Source: Macrostomum hystrix
Taxonomy: Eukaryota; Animalia; Platyhelminthes
Length of the DNA: 64,000 nucleotides
NCBI GenBank assembly: GCA_950097015.1
Contig: CATNEN010000034.1
Location: forward strand, 3,658,001-3,722,000
Direction: 5' to 3'
Part shown: positions 13,113-25,074 of the stretch, piece by piece
How positions within the stretch are numbered: the stretch's first letter is position 1
Layout: each line of letters begins with the position of its first letter
Program-made: the position numbers and the translations under genes
The notes under the pieces: model-generated
Database searches by the model: none
Seen by the model: only the letters and a program-made list of their open reading frames with translations
Told to the model about the DNA's origin: nothing

Positions 13113-14482
13113 CTAATCAATGAAAATAGATAAAATGTCAATAATTCAAATAAATGTTATTTAATGATCTTTGTTTTATGGCCACAGCCAATGGGGCTAA
13201 GGATTTGCCAAATACAATATTTTGGATCCTTATTGATATCATTTCGTAGAAACTTTTAAGTGATAATAGAAACAAAACTCTGGTCTAAAAGCTTTGAGTT
13301 TTAACCTAATTATTGACTTAAAGACTTCTAAAATAAAGTGAACAGAAGTCAAGTCAGAACTAAACTAGAACATCCAAACTACCTAAGGATAGAGTTCTAT
13401 TTCTATTAGGATAGATGTTGGAAAAATCCAACATCACCTGCGCACTAGGGCATTTATTGAAAGACTTACCTAGTAGGCAAGCTATACTGTACAATCATTT
13501 GTTGTTATACATAATACTTTGTATATTTTTATAGCTGTTAAATCAATAGTGAACTCTAAACTATTGACCCTGCATATATCAAGCTACACAAACCAAAGGC
13601 ATTGATCAAGAGCTTGTAGAATGCTCTCAGGTTAGTTTAGTACTGTCCATGGCCTTTAGGTAAGCTCTATATCTAAGGGGAGAGTGGTTGAACAGTGTCC
13701 TTGAACTCGATTCCATTCTGAGGTTATATTCTCTTGGTGTAAAATTTACACCTTTGCAGACCAACCTTCAAGACAGAGTAAGACAAACTTCACTACTAAT
13801 GTTAAGTCAGGGGCAGATACACATACCTAAGAGAGTATGTGCCTATATCTGGTATCTAGGGGTGCCAAACCTAGGGACCTAAATCCCTTAGGTTTGGTCC
13901 AGGGATCCATAAATAGAAAAAAAATGGTATAAGTAAGGCCTAAAGTATAAGTAAAACTAAATATATTAATAAAAGTATTATAGTACATATGTTTTAAGCA
14001 CTTAAATGATTTTTCATTTGTTTTCTTTCATTTATTGACAAATCACTTTCATTTGTAGACTAGATCTACAATTAAAAAATATAGCAATTTCAACTATTTT
14101 ATTTGAATTATTTGAACATTTTTATTGTTAAGATTTTGATTTCCAATCCAGCACAATTCATTCATTCAATCAATCAATCTAAAGTCCAGAGTCCAAACCC
14201 TATTCTATTTCCAGCAAGATAATATTAGTTCTCAAATGTGCAAATACAATTCTATGATATATATTTTACTTACTATATACTAAATTACTAATACTAGTTA
14301 GATGAGATAGTGACTTGGTAAGGCGAGGATGGGAAAATTGGGATAAAAAAGTAAGTTTTAAGTTATAAAAAGCAACAAAAGAAACGAAGTTACAGAGGAT
14401 GAAAACTAAGTTGCATTTGAGGAAAAACTAAGTCGCAGATGGAGCAAAAATGAAGTTGCAGTTAATAAGAAGACTTAAGTCA

Positions 14483-14763
14483 CATACATGCGCAACACCC
14501 GGCCGACCCGGCCGAACCGGCCGGGTGAAATGAGGGCCAAGCAAGGTAAGTCGCAAAAACCAATCGACCAAGCGCCAAAAAATCAAAGGGGGGACCAAGG
14601 GACAAAAAAGGAAGGCGTGAAGAAAAGGAAAAAGGGGAGAGAAAAAGAGAGCAAATGAGAGCAAACTAAGTCGTAAATAGAGCAATGAAATGAACTAAGT
14701 CGCAAATGAGAGCAAAAACTAAGTCGCAAGGCCGGCTAAGATTTGGGAGGTTGCGCATGTATG
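14483..14763. mobile_element. hAT-type MITE (281 bp)
   Basis: 14-bp perfect TIR CATACATGCGCAAC / GTTGCGCATGTATG; 8-bp flanking duplication TTAAGTCA / CTAAGTCA (1 mismatch). Confidence 0.72.
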
Positions 14764-17700
14764 CTAAGTCACAGATGAGTGATAAGTTAGGTGCAGTTAG
14801 GCAGTGAGGGAAAACTATGTTGCAGATGAGGAAATTTGTTTGTTGAAATTGTTGAAAATCAAGTTTTGGTGGTAGGGTAGTATTAATTGAAGGTCTAAAC
14901 TTCAGCCCAGCTGAATCATTTTTTAAACTTATATCCCAGATGCATGAGTTAAATAGTATAACTTATCAGCTTTCTATGTAACACATTGTGCATGCAATGT
15001 TTATACTGTCAATGAAGGTGGTATGGTGGCAATGACAAATAATATCCTATAATTTACCATTTTGCTAATCCTACTGTGTACAATTAACTGCCTAATGATA
15101 TTATTATACAAAATTGAGTGTTGTTTCAACTCCACTCACACTAACATCAATAATTTAACTTTTTGTTACTTATCTTAGCTAGACTTCTTAACACAAATAC
15201 ATAGTTAGGACTCTAGTAAGCAAAAAAAACCGGGAAAAATGAAACAAGATAAAAAATAATGCTATGTTTGGATGAAAAAAAGGAACATAAATTTTATGTT
15301 AAGAAAATAAAGCCTACCATCAATAGAAAGAAGATAAACTTTACTTTACAAAAAGTGTTTATACTCTACAATTAGTGCAAAAACAAATAAGTTATACAGA
15401 CTTACCAAAATTTGTTTTTTAAGTATTCTGTGTGATCAAAATTTAGAAAAAAACTACCTTATGTTGAACTTAAAAATTTAACTAATGCATTGATACTGAA
15501 AAAAACAAATTAAAAATTAAGAAAGAGGATATGAAAATCTATATTAACAACTCTTTTTTAGTAAAAGACAGTTGTTTTACTTTGCAAATTTTTTGGTTAA
15601 AATTTTCTTTTCTTTTTTTTAATCATTGTTTATAGTGTTTTCCAAGTATATCCCAGTAAAATTTCATGTAGAATTTTATGTAGAATATGATATACTCAAA
15701 CCTTTTTATTTTCTTTTAGCAGAATCACTGGGAAACATGTTCCTCTAATGTACCCCCTTTACACATTTCAGATGGCTTTTGCAATTGACTGTAAATAGTA
15801 AATTGATGTCTATGTGACATCTATTTGTTAAACTATGGAATAGGTATGGCTTTGCCACTTCTTTAAAGACAAGAGTTTTATATTGTAAGCAAATAAACAC
15901 ATCTTGTCAGCATAGTAATCCTATTCAATGTCAAATCAAAACTTAATACTTTAATACTGAGTGTTAATAGAAGATTTATATATTCCATAGTGTTGATAAC
16001 AAAAACAATTAGGTTCTATATGCTTTTAGAATTAAAAAAATTCATTAAAAAGTAAAAAAGTTATTGCAATTTTTTTGTTTTCCAAGTCAAATCTATCTGG
16101 TCATCTGGATCACAGCCCCTTATGGGAAAAATACATTACAAAAACAACTAAAATGTTGATCAAAAAATTGTTATAACTTTTTTATTACCAAACCAATTTT
16201 GATGACTGGGGTGTCTTTTAACTCAGACAAGCAAGAACTGTAGGCCCCCTAACACAAGAAAACCAAAAATATGGAATTTTTTTTAATTTCTCACTGGAGT
16301 CTGGAGCCCTTAACATAGTTAATTAAGTATTTTGAAACCATCGATTTATTGAATGTAAATATACGATTCATCCCATAGCCCTGTTGAAATTATCATTACT
16401 AGTGTTAACTCTTAATTTTATGGTTTCTTTTTATTTATTAATATTATTTATCTTACTAGTTACTAACTTACTACCATACTTCAAACGATTTTGCACAACT
16501 TTTCAATCCAGTTTGGCCGCCACACCAAATCCCTCAAATATGATTCAACGATTCTTGTATTATAGAAAATTAAGCTAATGATAGTAAAACTTAGAAAGTA
16601 GCCAGGCAGATAATCAGGATTCAACCAAGGTTTCGTTTCAGATCAAATATTAACAGTCGTAGGCCCTACCCTCAATAGTGTAAAGTAGACCTAAAATAAT
16701 TTAGAAAGTTATAAAAACATAAGAAAACAAGAAGGTCAAAAAACAAAACAATATAGGTTAGTGATTTTGATTATCCATTTCAATTTTATTCAACACATCA
16801 AACAAGTTTGGCTGTAACCCCCCCCCACCACAAAAATTTGCGAAGCAGTTCTTGGAAAACTGCTTTTCAATGTGAAAATATAGTTACACATAAAATAAAA
16901 TAAATTGAAAATGATTTCTTGCTATGTCGTCATTTTTAGGGCAAATAAGCTTCGTATTCAAAATAAAGTATAATTTTTGTTAATATGATTGTTTTATGAA
17001 TTGCACTTCAAAGCGGCCCACAAAAGTATAACATCTACTCGAGGTTCACTATGTGTATACGCGTCATCACCGAATTATCATGTGGGCTGCTTTTTGGCTC
17101 GTTTTGCAGTGCCACTTTCTATCATATATCTATATACGGATGAAAATCGTGTTTCATTAGATTATATTATTATAGTGTCAGAAATGCTGCAGGGTATCTA
17201 GCTCTCTTATATTGATGATAATAAATAATTTCATTGAAATTGATCTCTTCACGTGCATTCAATCGCGTGCTCACTCGGTGTGCAAAGCTTATTGCATGGC
17301 AGTGATTTGCAGGTCGGATACAAATTACTGTTTGTATGCATGCTACATTCAAACTTTAAAAAACTTAAAAGGCGAAATCGTAAAATCTCACTCTGCATGC
17401 CTGGGTCTCAAAGCAGGATCTGAAGCATGCTATCATGTCACCTAATCCCTACCTTGACAATCTCAAATTCTTAATGCAACCTACTTAATGCAGCCTACAA
17501 CCTACGCTAGATCAAGGAGGCGTCCATCGTGTAAAAATGTCAGTGAGATATTTGGAATACAAAGGTGTATATTTACGTCCGGTGGGTTGTGTCATCCCGA
17601 AATTCTTGAGCGTATTTATAAAGTTACTAAACAGAAAATTTTTATATGACATTTTTGGTCATAAAAGAGTAAAACCAGTAAAATGTTAGTCCTATATATT

Positions 17701-18575
17701 CCAATGTAACTCGTGTTAGATCTGAAAACATTGTCGCAGCTACAGCAGAATTGTTCAACTGTTTTACTCAGTCACCAAAAAATTATTTAGCATGCAACCA
17801 TTTATTTTAGTATACTCGTTTATACGCAGTTGGATATATACACCGTTCCTAACATGCTGCGCATTTTCCAGTAAATTAGTCCATGAATATTCTACAATCC
17901 AAGTACGAGCTATAATTATAAAGTGTGAGGAATATATGCATCCGGTTTTTACCTCATCTAAGTTCCAACTTACGCTCGTACGATACGAAAATGTCAGGTA
18001 TTTATACCATTCGATTCCAGGAATTGAATCAGGATAGTGGCTTAAATGCTGTCAGAATTAAACAGCATATCTATCGCTAAGTAAGTGTGTAAACAGTTCT
18101 GTCTCAAAATAGCTAACTCGGTTCTACGCAATTAAGCTTTGTGTTAAAATCAAGGCAGATATATGCATGAACTGCTCTTGTCCACAGTTAGTTTTATATT
18201 AATTGTACATTTAGATTGGTAGTTTAAAACTTCGCAAAAGTTGAAAAGCCATGCGCGAAGTGGAGGTGGCACTGCTGCACCACACCTATACGGAATGCAC
18301 ACTCGGCCTATAGTTTCATCGATCGGTTCACTATAGTCGCTTGGCAAAGACCAATTTAAATTTAAATCATGCATGGCTTGCAATGTTTGTTGCTTGGCCA
18401 CTAATTGCAAGCCAAACTGACAGCAGCTCTGCATGCTTGTACAAGCCAACCAAAGCGATATGGATCGTATATCTTGCCTATCCAGGTTATCAGGTAAGGG
18501 TGCTTTTTTGTCATATAACCATGGGCTTGAAAAATACAATGACCAATTATTCATTGAGTAGCTTTTGTTTTACAG

Positions 18576-18859
18576 TCGAGCACCTGAATTCGCATAGATT
18601 CGCAGCCAAAGGTCCAGAGTGCAAGGGATGTCTAATTAGGCGAGAGCTCAACCCAGTGACCGGAGAGCACTTTTGTGAGTACACTCGCCTCACAGAAAAG
18701 TCTACTAAGACTATGAGTCTTTCACTAGCAAAACCTACTCTCACGATCGATAATTTCAGACATGATTTATTACGCCATTCTGCGAGCTCATCATCTGTTT
18801 CTATTTCGCAACGAGCGAGCCAATTCCTGCGATGGTGTCAAGGATCTGCGGCTGCCGAT
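18576..18859 (+). CDS. Candidate upstream exon of the SH2 adaptor gene (no recognisable domain)
   Basis: TTTTACAG acceptor, open frame (EHLNSHRFAAKGPECK...SAAAD), GAT|GTGAGT phase-0 donor matching the phase-0 acceptor at 19681/19682. Not supported by homology. Confidence 0.4.
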
Positions 18860-19013
18860 GTGAGTTACCGGGGGAGAACTTTCCACACAGTAGCTTCCAA
18901 ACAAACGAAAATCATATTAATGTACCCATTGTTAAAAAATAAATATTAGAACAAAGTATAAGCGAATGGGTGCACCCTGTTCAAAGTCTAGAAGGTTCAT
19001 TTAACAGTAGAAC

Positions 19014-19320
19014 AGAGGTTGTAGCCTAGTGGTTAAGGCGTCGGACTCACGACTTGAAGGTCGGGGGTTCGATTCCCGACTCCACTGAAACAATTTGTGT
19101 CCTTTAGCAAGACAACTAACCTGCATTGCTTCAGTTCAACCAGCTGTTAAATGGGTAACAGCATTAGCTTGGATAATTGAAGGTGGGTGTGGCGTCCCCC
19201 CAGTCCATGGACTGAACAGCTGTACGCAGTCTTCAGATGCGCCGCGCAATAGCGGCGGCTGTGCTGTCGGCTGCACATCTGGCCCGATTGGGACATGTGT
19301 AATAAATTAATTATAATTAA
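19014..19320 (+). mobile_element. CORE-type SINE, family B, full-length copy
   Basis: GTTGTAGCCTAGTGGTTAAGGCG A box, GGTTCGATTCC B box, CORE-like segment, 3' AAT-rich tail; matches the 12805..13112 copy. Confidence 0.88.
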
Positions 19321-19681
19321 TCAATTAAATTAGGGGTACAAAGACCACACTATTTTGCCCTTGGGGAAGACCACGGGGGTATTCCAAATACCCACTGCCT
19401 ACATTACTTCACAAAAGCTCCCAAACCAAATAACCGATTTCCGTGAAAGTCCACCATATGGATCAAATTTTCCGTCCTTTACGATGAACTCACTTTCGAA
19501 GCCGACCGAGTCAGCTTATGAATAAGCCATGAATAGAACTTTTTCAGTCTGTTTAAAGAGTGGAAGTTTGTAAGAAGGCTTGTTGTGCATGTAGATTGCA
19601 GCATTAGAAGACCAGATTTCGTTGAATCCTTGACAAGCCCCGCGTTCTCCCCGAGCAGCCGCGAGTTTAAGCCGGACTCAG

Positions 19682-22600
19682 ATTGGCCTCACTGCGGCGA
19701 CGGCTTTGAGCTGGGCGCCGGCGCCGGCGCCTCCGCCTCTGGACAGCCCAGCGCAAGCCCAGCCGATGACGTCAGCTGCTGGACGGTTGGCATTCCCCTT
19801 TCAGGCGGAGGGCGCTGGCAGAGTCCTTTCAGCAGCTACGCCTAAGTCGGCAGTCTGCGGCCTCGAGCTGCCGCCCGGCGAGGACGAATACGAAGACGGC
19901 GAGGGAGCCGACGGCGGGTCTGAGTTGGACGGCCTGCTGGCTGAACTGGCCGAGAAGCAGCCGCCGAACACGGATTCACCACCGGCCTCCGATTCTGGCA
20001 GCATTTCTAGGTAATTCCCTACCATTCTCGAAATTTATAAGACAAAAGAAATAAAATGCTGCAGCAAAGTCAAATCATTTGAAATCGACAGCAGTGGCAA
20101 GCCACGACCGCCGCCACCACCGCGCCGTTCCTCGGTTTTGAGCTCCGGGACGCCAGCAGCGCCGTCTACCTGTTCCACGCAGTCGCAAGCACATCTTTGC
20201 GTGCCGGAGCCGCCAGCCAAAGAGAAGCCGCGCCCGCCTTCAAGGAGTTCAAATTTGATGCCCACTGAAAACACGAAGCCGCCTTTAGTGCTTCCAAAAC
20301 CGGCAACTGCAGCTAACCAACCGCCAGTGCCTCCGAAGGCGCCTGTGCCACCAAAGCAGCAGCGACCCGCAGCTCCTGCAAATCAGCCGCCATTGCCATC
20401 AAAAATAGGAACCTTTGTTGAACGAGATATTCCACAGCTACCTCTAAAGCTGCCGTTGACGGCAAATCAACCACCGCTGCCACCGAAGCTGCCGTTGACG
20501 GCAAATCAGCCACCTGTGCCACCGAAGCTGCCGTTGACGGCAAATCAACCACCGCTGCCACCGAAGCTGCCGTTGACGGCAGATCAGCCACCTCTGCCAC
20601 CGAAACTGCCGTTGACGGCAAATCAGCCACCTGTGCCACCGAAACTGCCGTTGACGGCAAATCAGCCACCTGTGCCACCGAAGCTGCCGTTGACGGCAAA
20701 TCAACCACCGCTGCCACCGAAGCTGCCGTTGACGGCAAATCAACCACCGCTGCCACCGAAGCTGCCGTTGACGGCAGATCAGCCACCTCTGCCACCAAAG
20801 ACATCAAGCGTGGTTGAACCGGATGTTCCACAGCAGCCTCTTAAGCTGCCGTTGATGGCAAATCAGCCACCTGTGCCACCGAAACTGCCGTTGACGGCAA
20901 ATCAGCCACCTGTGCCACCGAAACTGCCGTTGACGGCAAATCAACCACCTCTGCCACCAAAGACATCAAGCGTGGTTGAGCCAGATGCTCCACTGCTGCC
21001 ACCGAAGCTTCCATCGACGGAAAATCAGCCACCGCTGCCACCAAAGACATCAAGCGTGGTTGAGCCAGATGCTCCACTGCTGCCACCGAAGCTTCCATCG
21101 ACGGAAAATCAGCCACCGCTGCCACCAAAGACATCAAGCGTGGTTGAGCCAGATGCTCCACTGCTGCCACCGAAGCTTCCATCGACGGAAAATCAGCCAC
21201 CGCTGCCACCAAAGACATCAAGCGTGGTTGAGCCAGATGCTCCTCTGCTGCCACCGAAGCAGTATTTGTCCGTGAATGTGCCACCGTTGCCACCGAAACT
21301 GTCATCAGACCCGACCGAGCCAGAGGCGCTCCCGTTGCCACCGAGGCAGCCAGTGGAGCGAGAAGTCTTCCAGCCCAACCTATTCGGCTTGCTGCATTTT
21401 CCCGGAGCGGCGCCACCCGACGCCATTTGCGGCTATTATCGACGGGGTTACTACTCTGGGAACGATGTTAAAGATGCAAAACGGTAAGGCGCATCGTACA
21501 AAGTCAAACCCAGTAACATGTTAAGGAATATTTTTATCGCCTCTTTCGACCATCCCCAGGTTGATGCGCAAAGCGTCAGGCAACGGAGTGTACATGCTCC
21601 GCGGCTTCTGTCAGGGCCAGCAGGATCAGGAACTGGCTGTCTGTCTGCGCTTAGACGAGAAATCCTACAAATTCCGCGTCGAAATGACGTCAAACCCGAG
21701 CGGCTGTCAGCAGTTCTGCATTGCTGGAGAGAAAAACCGGGGAGACCACGCCAGCATGGAGGCTCTGCTGTTTCATTATCACCTGTTCCCAATCCTCACT
21801 GGCATCGACGTCACTGACATGCGACTGGCCAGGCCTTTTGACTTGGAGTGAGCGAGCCGACTAACTTACCGTTTGGCGAAGGAAACTGTTGAACTGTGTT
21901 GGTTGTCATGATGTTGTTTGCTGACGTGCTTGGTTACTGTCACTTTTGTCGTTGTCGAGTTAGTTGCTAACTAGTTGGCTGCAGTCATATTGCTTGCTAT
22001 CGTACTACTTACTACCGTGGTTTTGTGTCGTGTTGGTTGTGTTTCTCTATAAGTAAAATACTGAGTGTGAATTTTTGCCAAGATAATAGTGCACAAAATT
22101 GCATTTCACTTTTTCAGACCCGACGCTGTCATCACTGGCCTGACGGCCGTGTTCTCAGCCTGCCTGTGGCAGTACGGTGGCAAGGCCACTTGCACGGAGT
22201 GAGCAAGCATATTATAAATATTCATCGGCTACAAAATTTACAGTTAAAAAATAATTTCGTTTTGTTTTTCAGCGTCCTAGTTGAAGCCGGCGATGGGACA
22301 TACGCCCTGCGCCTGGACTCGGACAATGCGACGGTGGTGTGTCTGTGCGTTGTACAGCAGAGCCAGGTGTTGAAGTTTCGGATTGTTGTGTCCGGCTCCG
22401 GCCAAAAGGTCAGTTAAGCGTCAATTTGGGGGGGGGTGAGTGGCAGAGCGGTTCAACGCGCATTTGCCTCTCGCACCAAGGTCCCTGAGCTCCCTGAGGT
22501 CAGTGAGAGTGTACACTGACTAATGATGAGAGAGTTAGGGCAGATGTACACACCTGTGTGAGTGTGTGCCTGCGTACAGTATCTGTGTGCGTGTGTGCTC

Positions 22601-24918
22601 AGGAGTCAGCGAAATGGGCAGAATTGCCTCCTCGCTGGCTGCGGGTCTAGTGTCACCAAATGATGTGCCACTGCCCGCAGCAGTCCCGCAATTATTGTTA
22701 CGAGTATTAGGGGTACCATTTTAGAATGGCCTCCAGCTACAGTGACATATCCAGACCGTGTACGAAAATCCCCATTTCAGAAGACGTTTGCCATAAATTT
22801 TCCTAACTCGACACAATTCGACAGCATTGAAGATCTTCTGCTGCATTATCACAAGAACCCGCTGCCTACCAACACGCAGTGTGCGCCGCAAATTATGCTT
22901 AAAATTCCGTTTCAACTTTCAGCGTAAGACAGCAATTGTGCAGCATTTATTGCTTGGGATAAAGGAAATTCATTGTATGACAGATAAAAGAAACTCATTT
23001 GCAAATTGTTTTAACTTTTTTGTCGTTCAAAATCGAGAAAATGGAGATAAAAATATGATCGGCAAAAACTGTCGGAAACTTGTTGAGAAACTCGGGGGAA
23101 CATTGGGACGACACTGTAAAGACAGGAGAAGGATATTAAGTAGACACTTAAAATGTGTAGAACAAAAGGTTGACACAGTGAAGGATATTGGGTAGACACT
23201 GCGGAGGATATTGGGTAGACACTGAGGAGGATATTGGGTAGACACTACGGAGGATATTGGGTAGACACTGCGGAGGATATTGGGTAGACACTGAGGAGGA
23301 TATTGGGTAGACACAGTGGAGAAAATTAAGTAGACACTGAGGAGGATTGGGTAGAAATTGAGGAGGATATTGGGTAGACACTGCGAAGGATATTGGGTAA
23401 TTGGGTAGAATCTGAGGAGGATATTGGGTAGACACTGCGAAGGATATTTGGTAATTAGGTAGAATCTGAGGAGGATATCGGATAGACTCTGAGGAGGATA
23501 TTGGATAGACTCTGAGGAGGATATTGGATAGACTCTGAGGAGGATATTGGGTAGACACTGCGAAGGATATTGGGTAATTGGGTAGACTCTGAGGAGGATA
23601 TTGGGTAGACTCTAAGCAGGATATTGGGTAGACTCTGAGGAGGATATTGGATAGACTATGAGGATGATATTGGGTAGACTCTAAGGAGGATATTAGGTAG
23701 ACTCTGAGGAGGATATTGGGTAGACTCTGAGGAGGATGTTGGGTTGACACTGAGGATTATTTTGGGTTGGACTCACAAATTGGGGGGTAGGGTTTGATTT
23801 TATTAGAACAATTTGTGTCCCCAAGAAAAAACTTGACACTGCATCACTTTCGTTCACCCAGCTTTTATAAGGCTGTTATCATTAGCTGCATGGGCCAATT
23901 GAGGGTGGTTGTGGCACCCCCTCACCAGTCCATGGACAGAACAGCTGAACGCAATAGCTGCGGCCGTACTGTTGGCTGCACAGCAAACCCAATGGGGGGC
24001 AAGTGTAATAAAAAAGTGATTTTTGTATTTTCGCGCTCTACTACTTACAAAAGGAATCGAACATAAGTAGTAAGTTGTGAAAGCGCAAGACTTTACGAAA
24101 TTTCCAGGAAATGCCAGCAGGAGCTAAGCCGTCACGTCAAGCTGCCAGACGAACTGGCAGTTCGCAGTGGCACAGCGGACGCCTTGGCTGCCAAGTTGAG
24201 CAAAGCTGGATCAGCGAAAGGTGGCGGCAATTTTTTTTTGCACGTGACTAAAGAGCGCAAGGGAGGTGGGGGAATCCTGCTGGCTATTGAAGAGGGCGGT
24301 GGCACCGAAGTACAGCGTCTTCGCATTGTTGCCATGGATACGGGTCTGATCGGACAGCTACAGGTCAGTGATAAAAATAAGTAGACCCTTTAAGGTAGAC
24401 TTTTTAAGAGTTCTACGACTTCTAAGAATTGTACGACTTCTAAGAATTGTACGACTTCTAAGAATTGTACGACTTCTAAGAATTGTACGATTTCTAAGAA
24501 TTGTACGATTTCTAAGAATTGTACGACTTCTAAGAATTGTACGATTTCTAAGAATTGTACGATTTCTAAGAATTGTACGATTTCTAAGAATTATACGATT
24601 TCAAAGAATTGTATGATTTCTAAGAATTGTACGATTTCTAAGATCTCTATGAATTTTACAAATTCTAAGAATTCTACGATTTCGAATAACTCTGCGATTT
24701 CTAATAAGTCTTCGGTTTCTAAGAATTATTTCGTTCCTAACAAATCGTCGAATCTACAAGTTCCAAAGTAAAAAAAATTCCCAACTCTGCAGAGAATTTA
24801 CTACCTGGAAGACAAGCCAGAGGTGGCAGCACTCAGCATGGACCGCCTGGTTCAAATCCTCTGCGTCAATCCTAGCTGCCTAACTCAGGGATTCCCTCGA
24901 CTCACGGTTAGGCTGTGA
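19682..24918 (+). CDS. Adaptor protein: acidic Tyr motif, long PxxPPK repeat region, three tandem SH2-like domains (5' end uncertain)
   Basis: Exons 19682..20010, 20065..21483, 21560..21847, 22118..22198, 22273..22408, 22781..22923, 24108..24363, 24793..24918(TGA), all GT-AG and phase-consistent. SH2 hallmarks: DAKRLMRKASGNGVYMLR...SMEALLFHY; DVLVEAGDGTYALR...FDSIEDLLLHY; KLSKAGSAKGGGNFFLH...SMDRLVQIL. Start is either ATG 19766 or an upstream exon. Confidence 0.8.
20449..21300 (+). repeat. Coding minisatellite: 39-bp (LPLTANQPPLPPK) and 84-bp (TSSVVEPDAPLLPPKLPSTENQPPLPPK) units
   Basis: In-frame tandem units inside the 1.4-kb exon; unit lengths are multiples of 3 and no frameshifting variants occur. 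Confidence 0.92.
22428..22700 (+). mobile_element. SINE family A, copy 2 (internally deleted), in an intron splitting SH2 domain 2
   Basis: GGGGGTGAGTGGCAGAGCGG head; lacks the B-box-to-middle segment present in copies 1 and 3; 3' body matches. Confidence 0.82.
23185..23755. repeat. ~22-23-bp minisatellite (GAGGAGGATATTGGGTAGACTCT) in SH2-gene intron
   Basis: Tandem periodicity with indel variants; source of ORFs 23148..23750 and neighbours. Confidence 0.93.
23855..24015 (+). mobile_element. SINE family B, 5'-truncated diverged copy
   Basis: CCAGTCCATGGACAGAACAGCTG...CAATAGCTGCGGC...GGCTGCACA matches the 3' half of family B. Confidence 0.7.
24410..24700. repeat. 18-bp minisatellite (TTCTAAGAATTGTACGAC/T) in last SH2-gene intron
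   Basis: 18-bp period; ORF 24368..24616 (LLRIVR)n is its translation. Confidence 0.95.
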
Positions 24919-25074
24919 CAATAAGTTTGCCTGGCCACGCGAGCGGAAAATAGGCGGCTAGACAGTTGAGCTTATTCTCGTTAAAAACTTAAATATAGCT
25001 GACTTCAGATAACTGATAACTGACTGTTATTGTCACTGAATGGAATTTAACTAAAACTTACTTGACTGACACCC

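Noticed and set aside
13865-13897. Short hairpin CCAAACCTAGGGA...TCCCTTAGGTTTGG
   Set aside because: Isolated ~13-bp stem with no TSD, partner end or functional context.
19014-19085. tRNA-Val(CAC)-like sequence; similar heads at 13040-13110, 37055-37128, 11460-11526 and 47266-47345
   Set aside because: Acceptor and anticodon stems are imperfect and each continues into a shared SINE body, so these are SINE heads, not tRNA genes.
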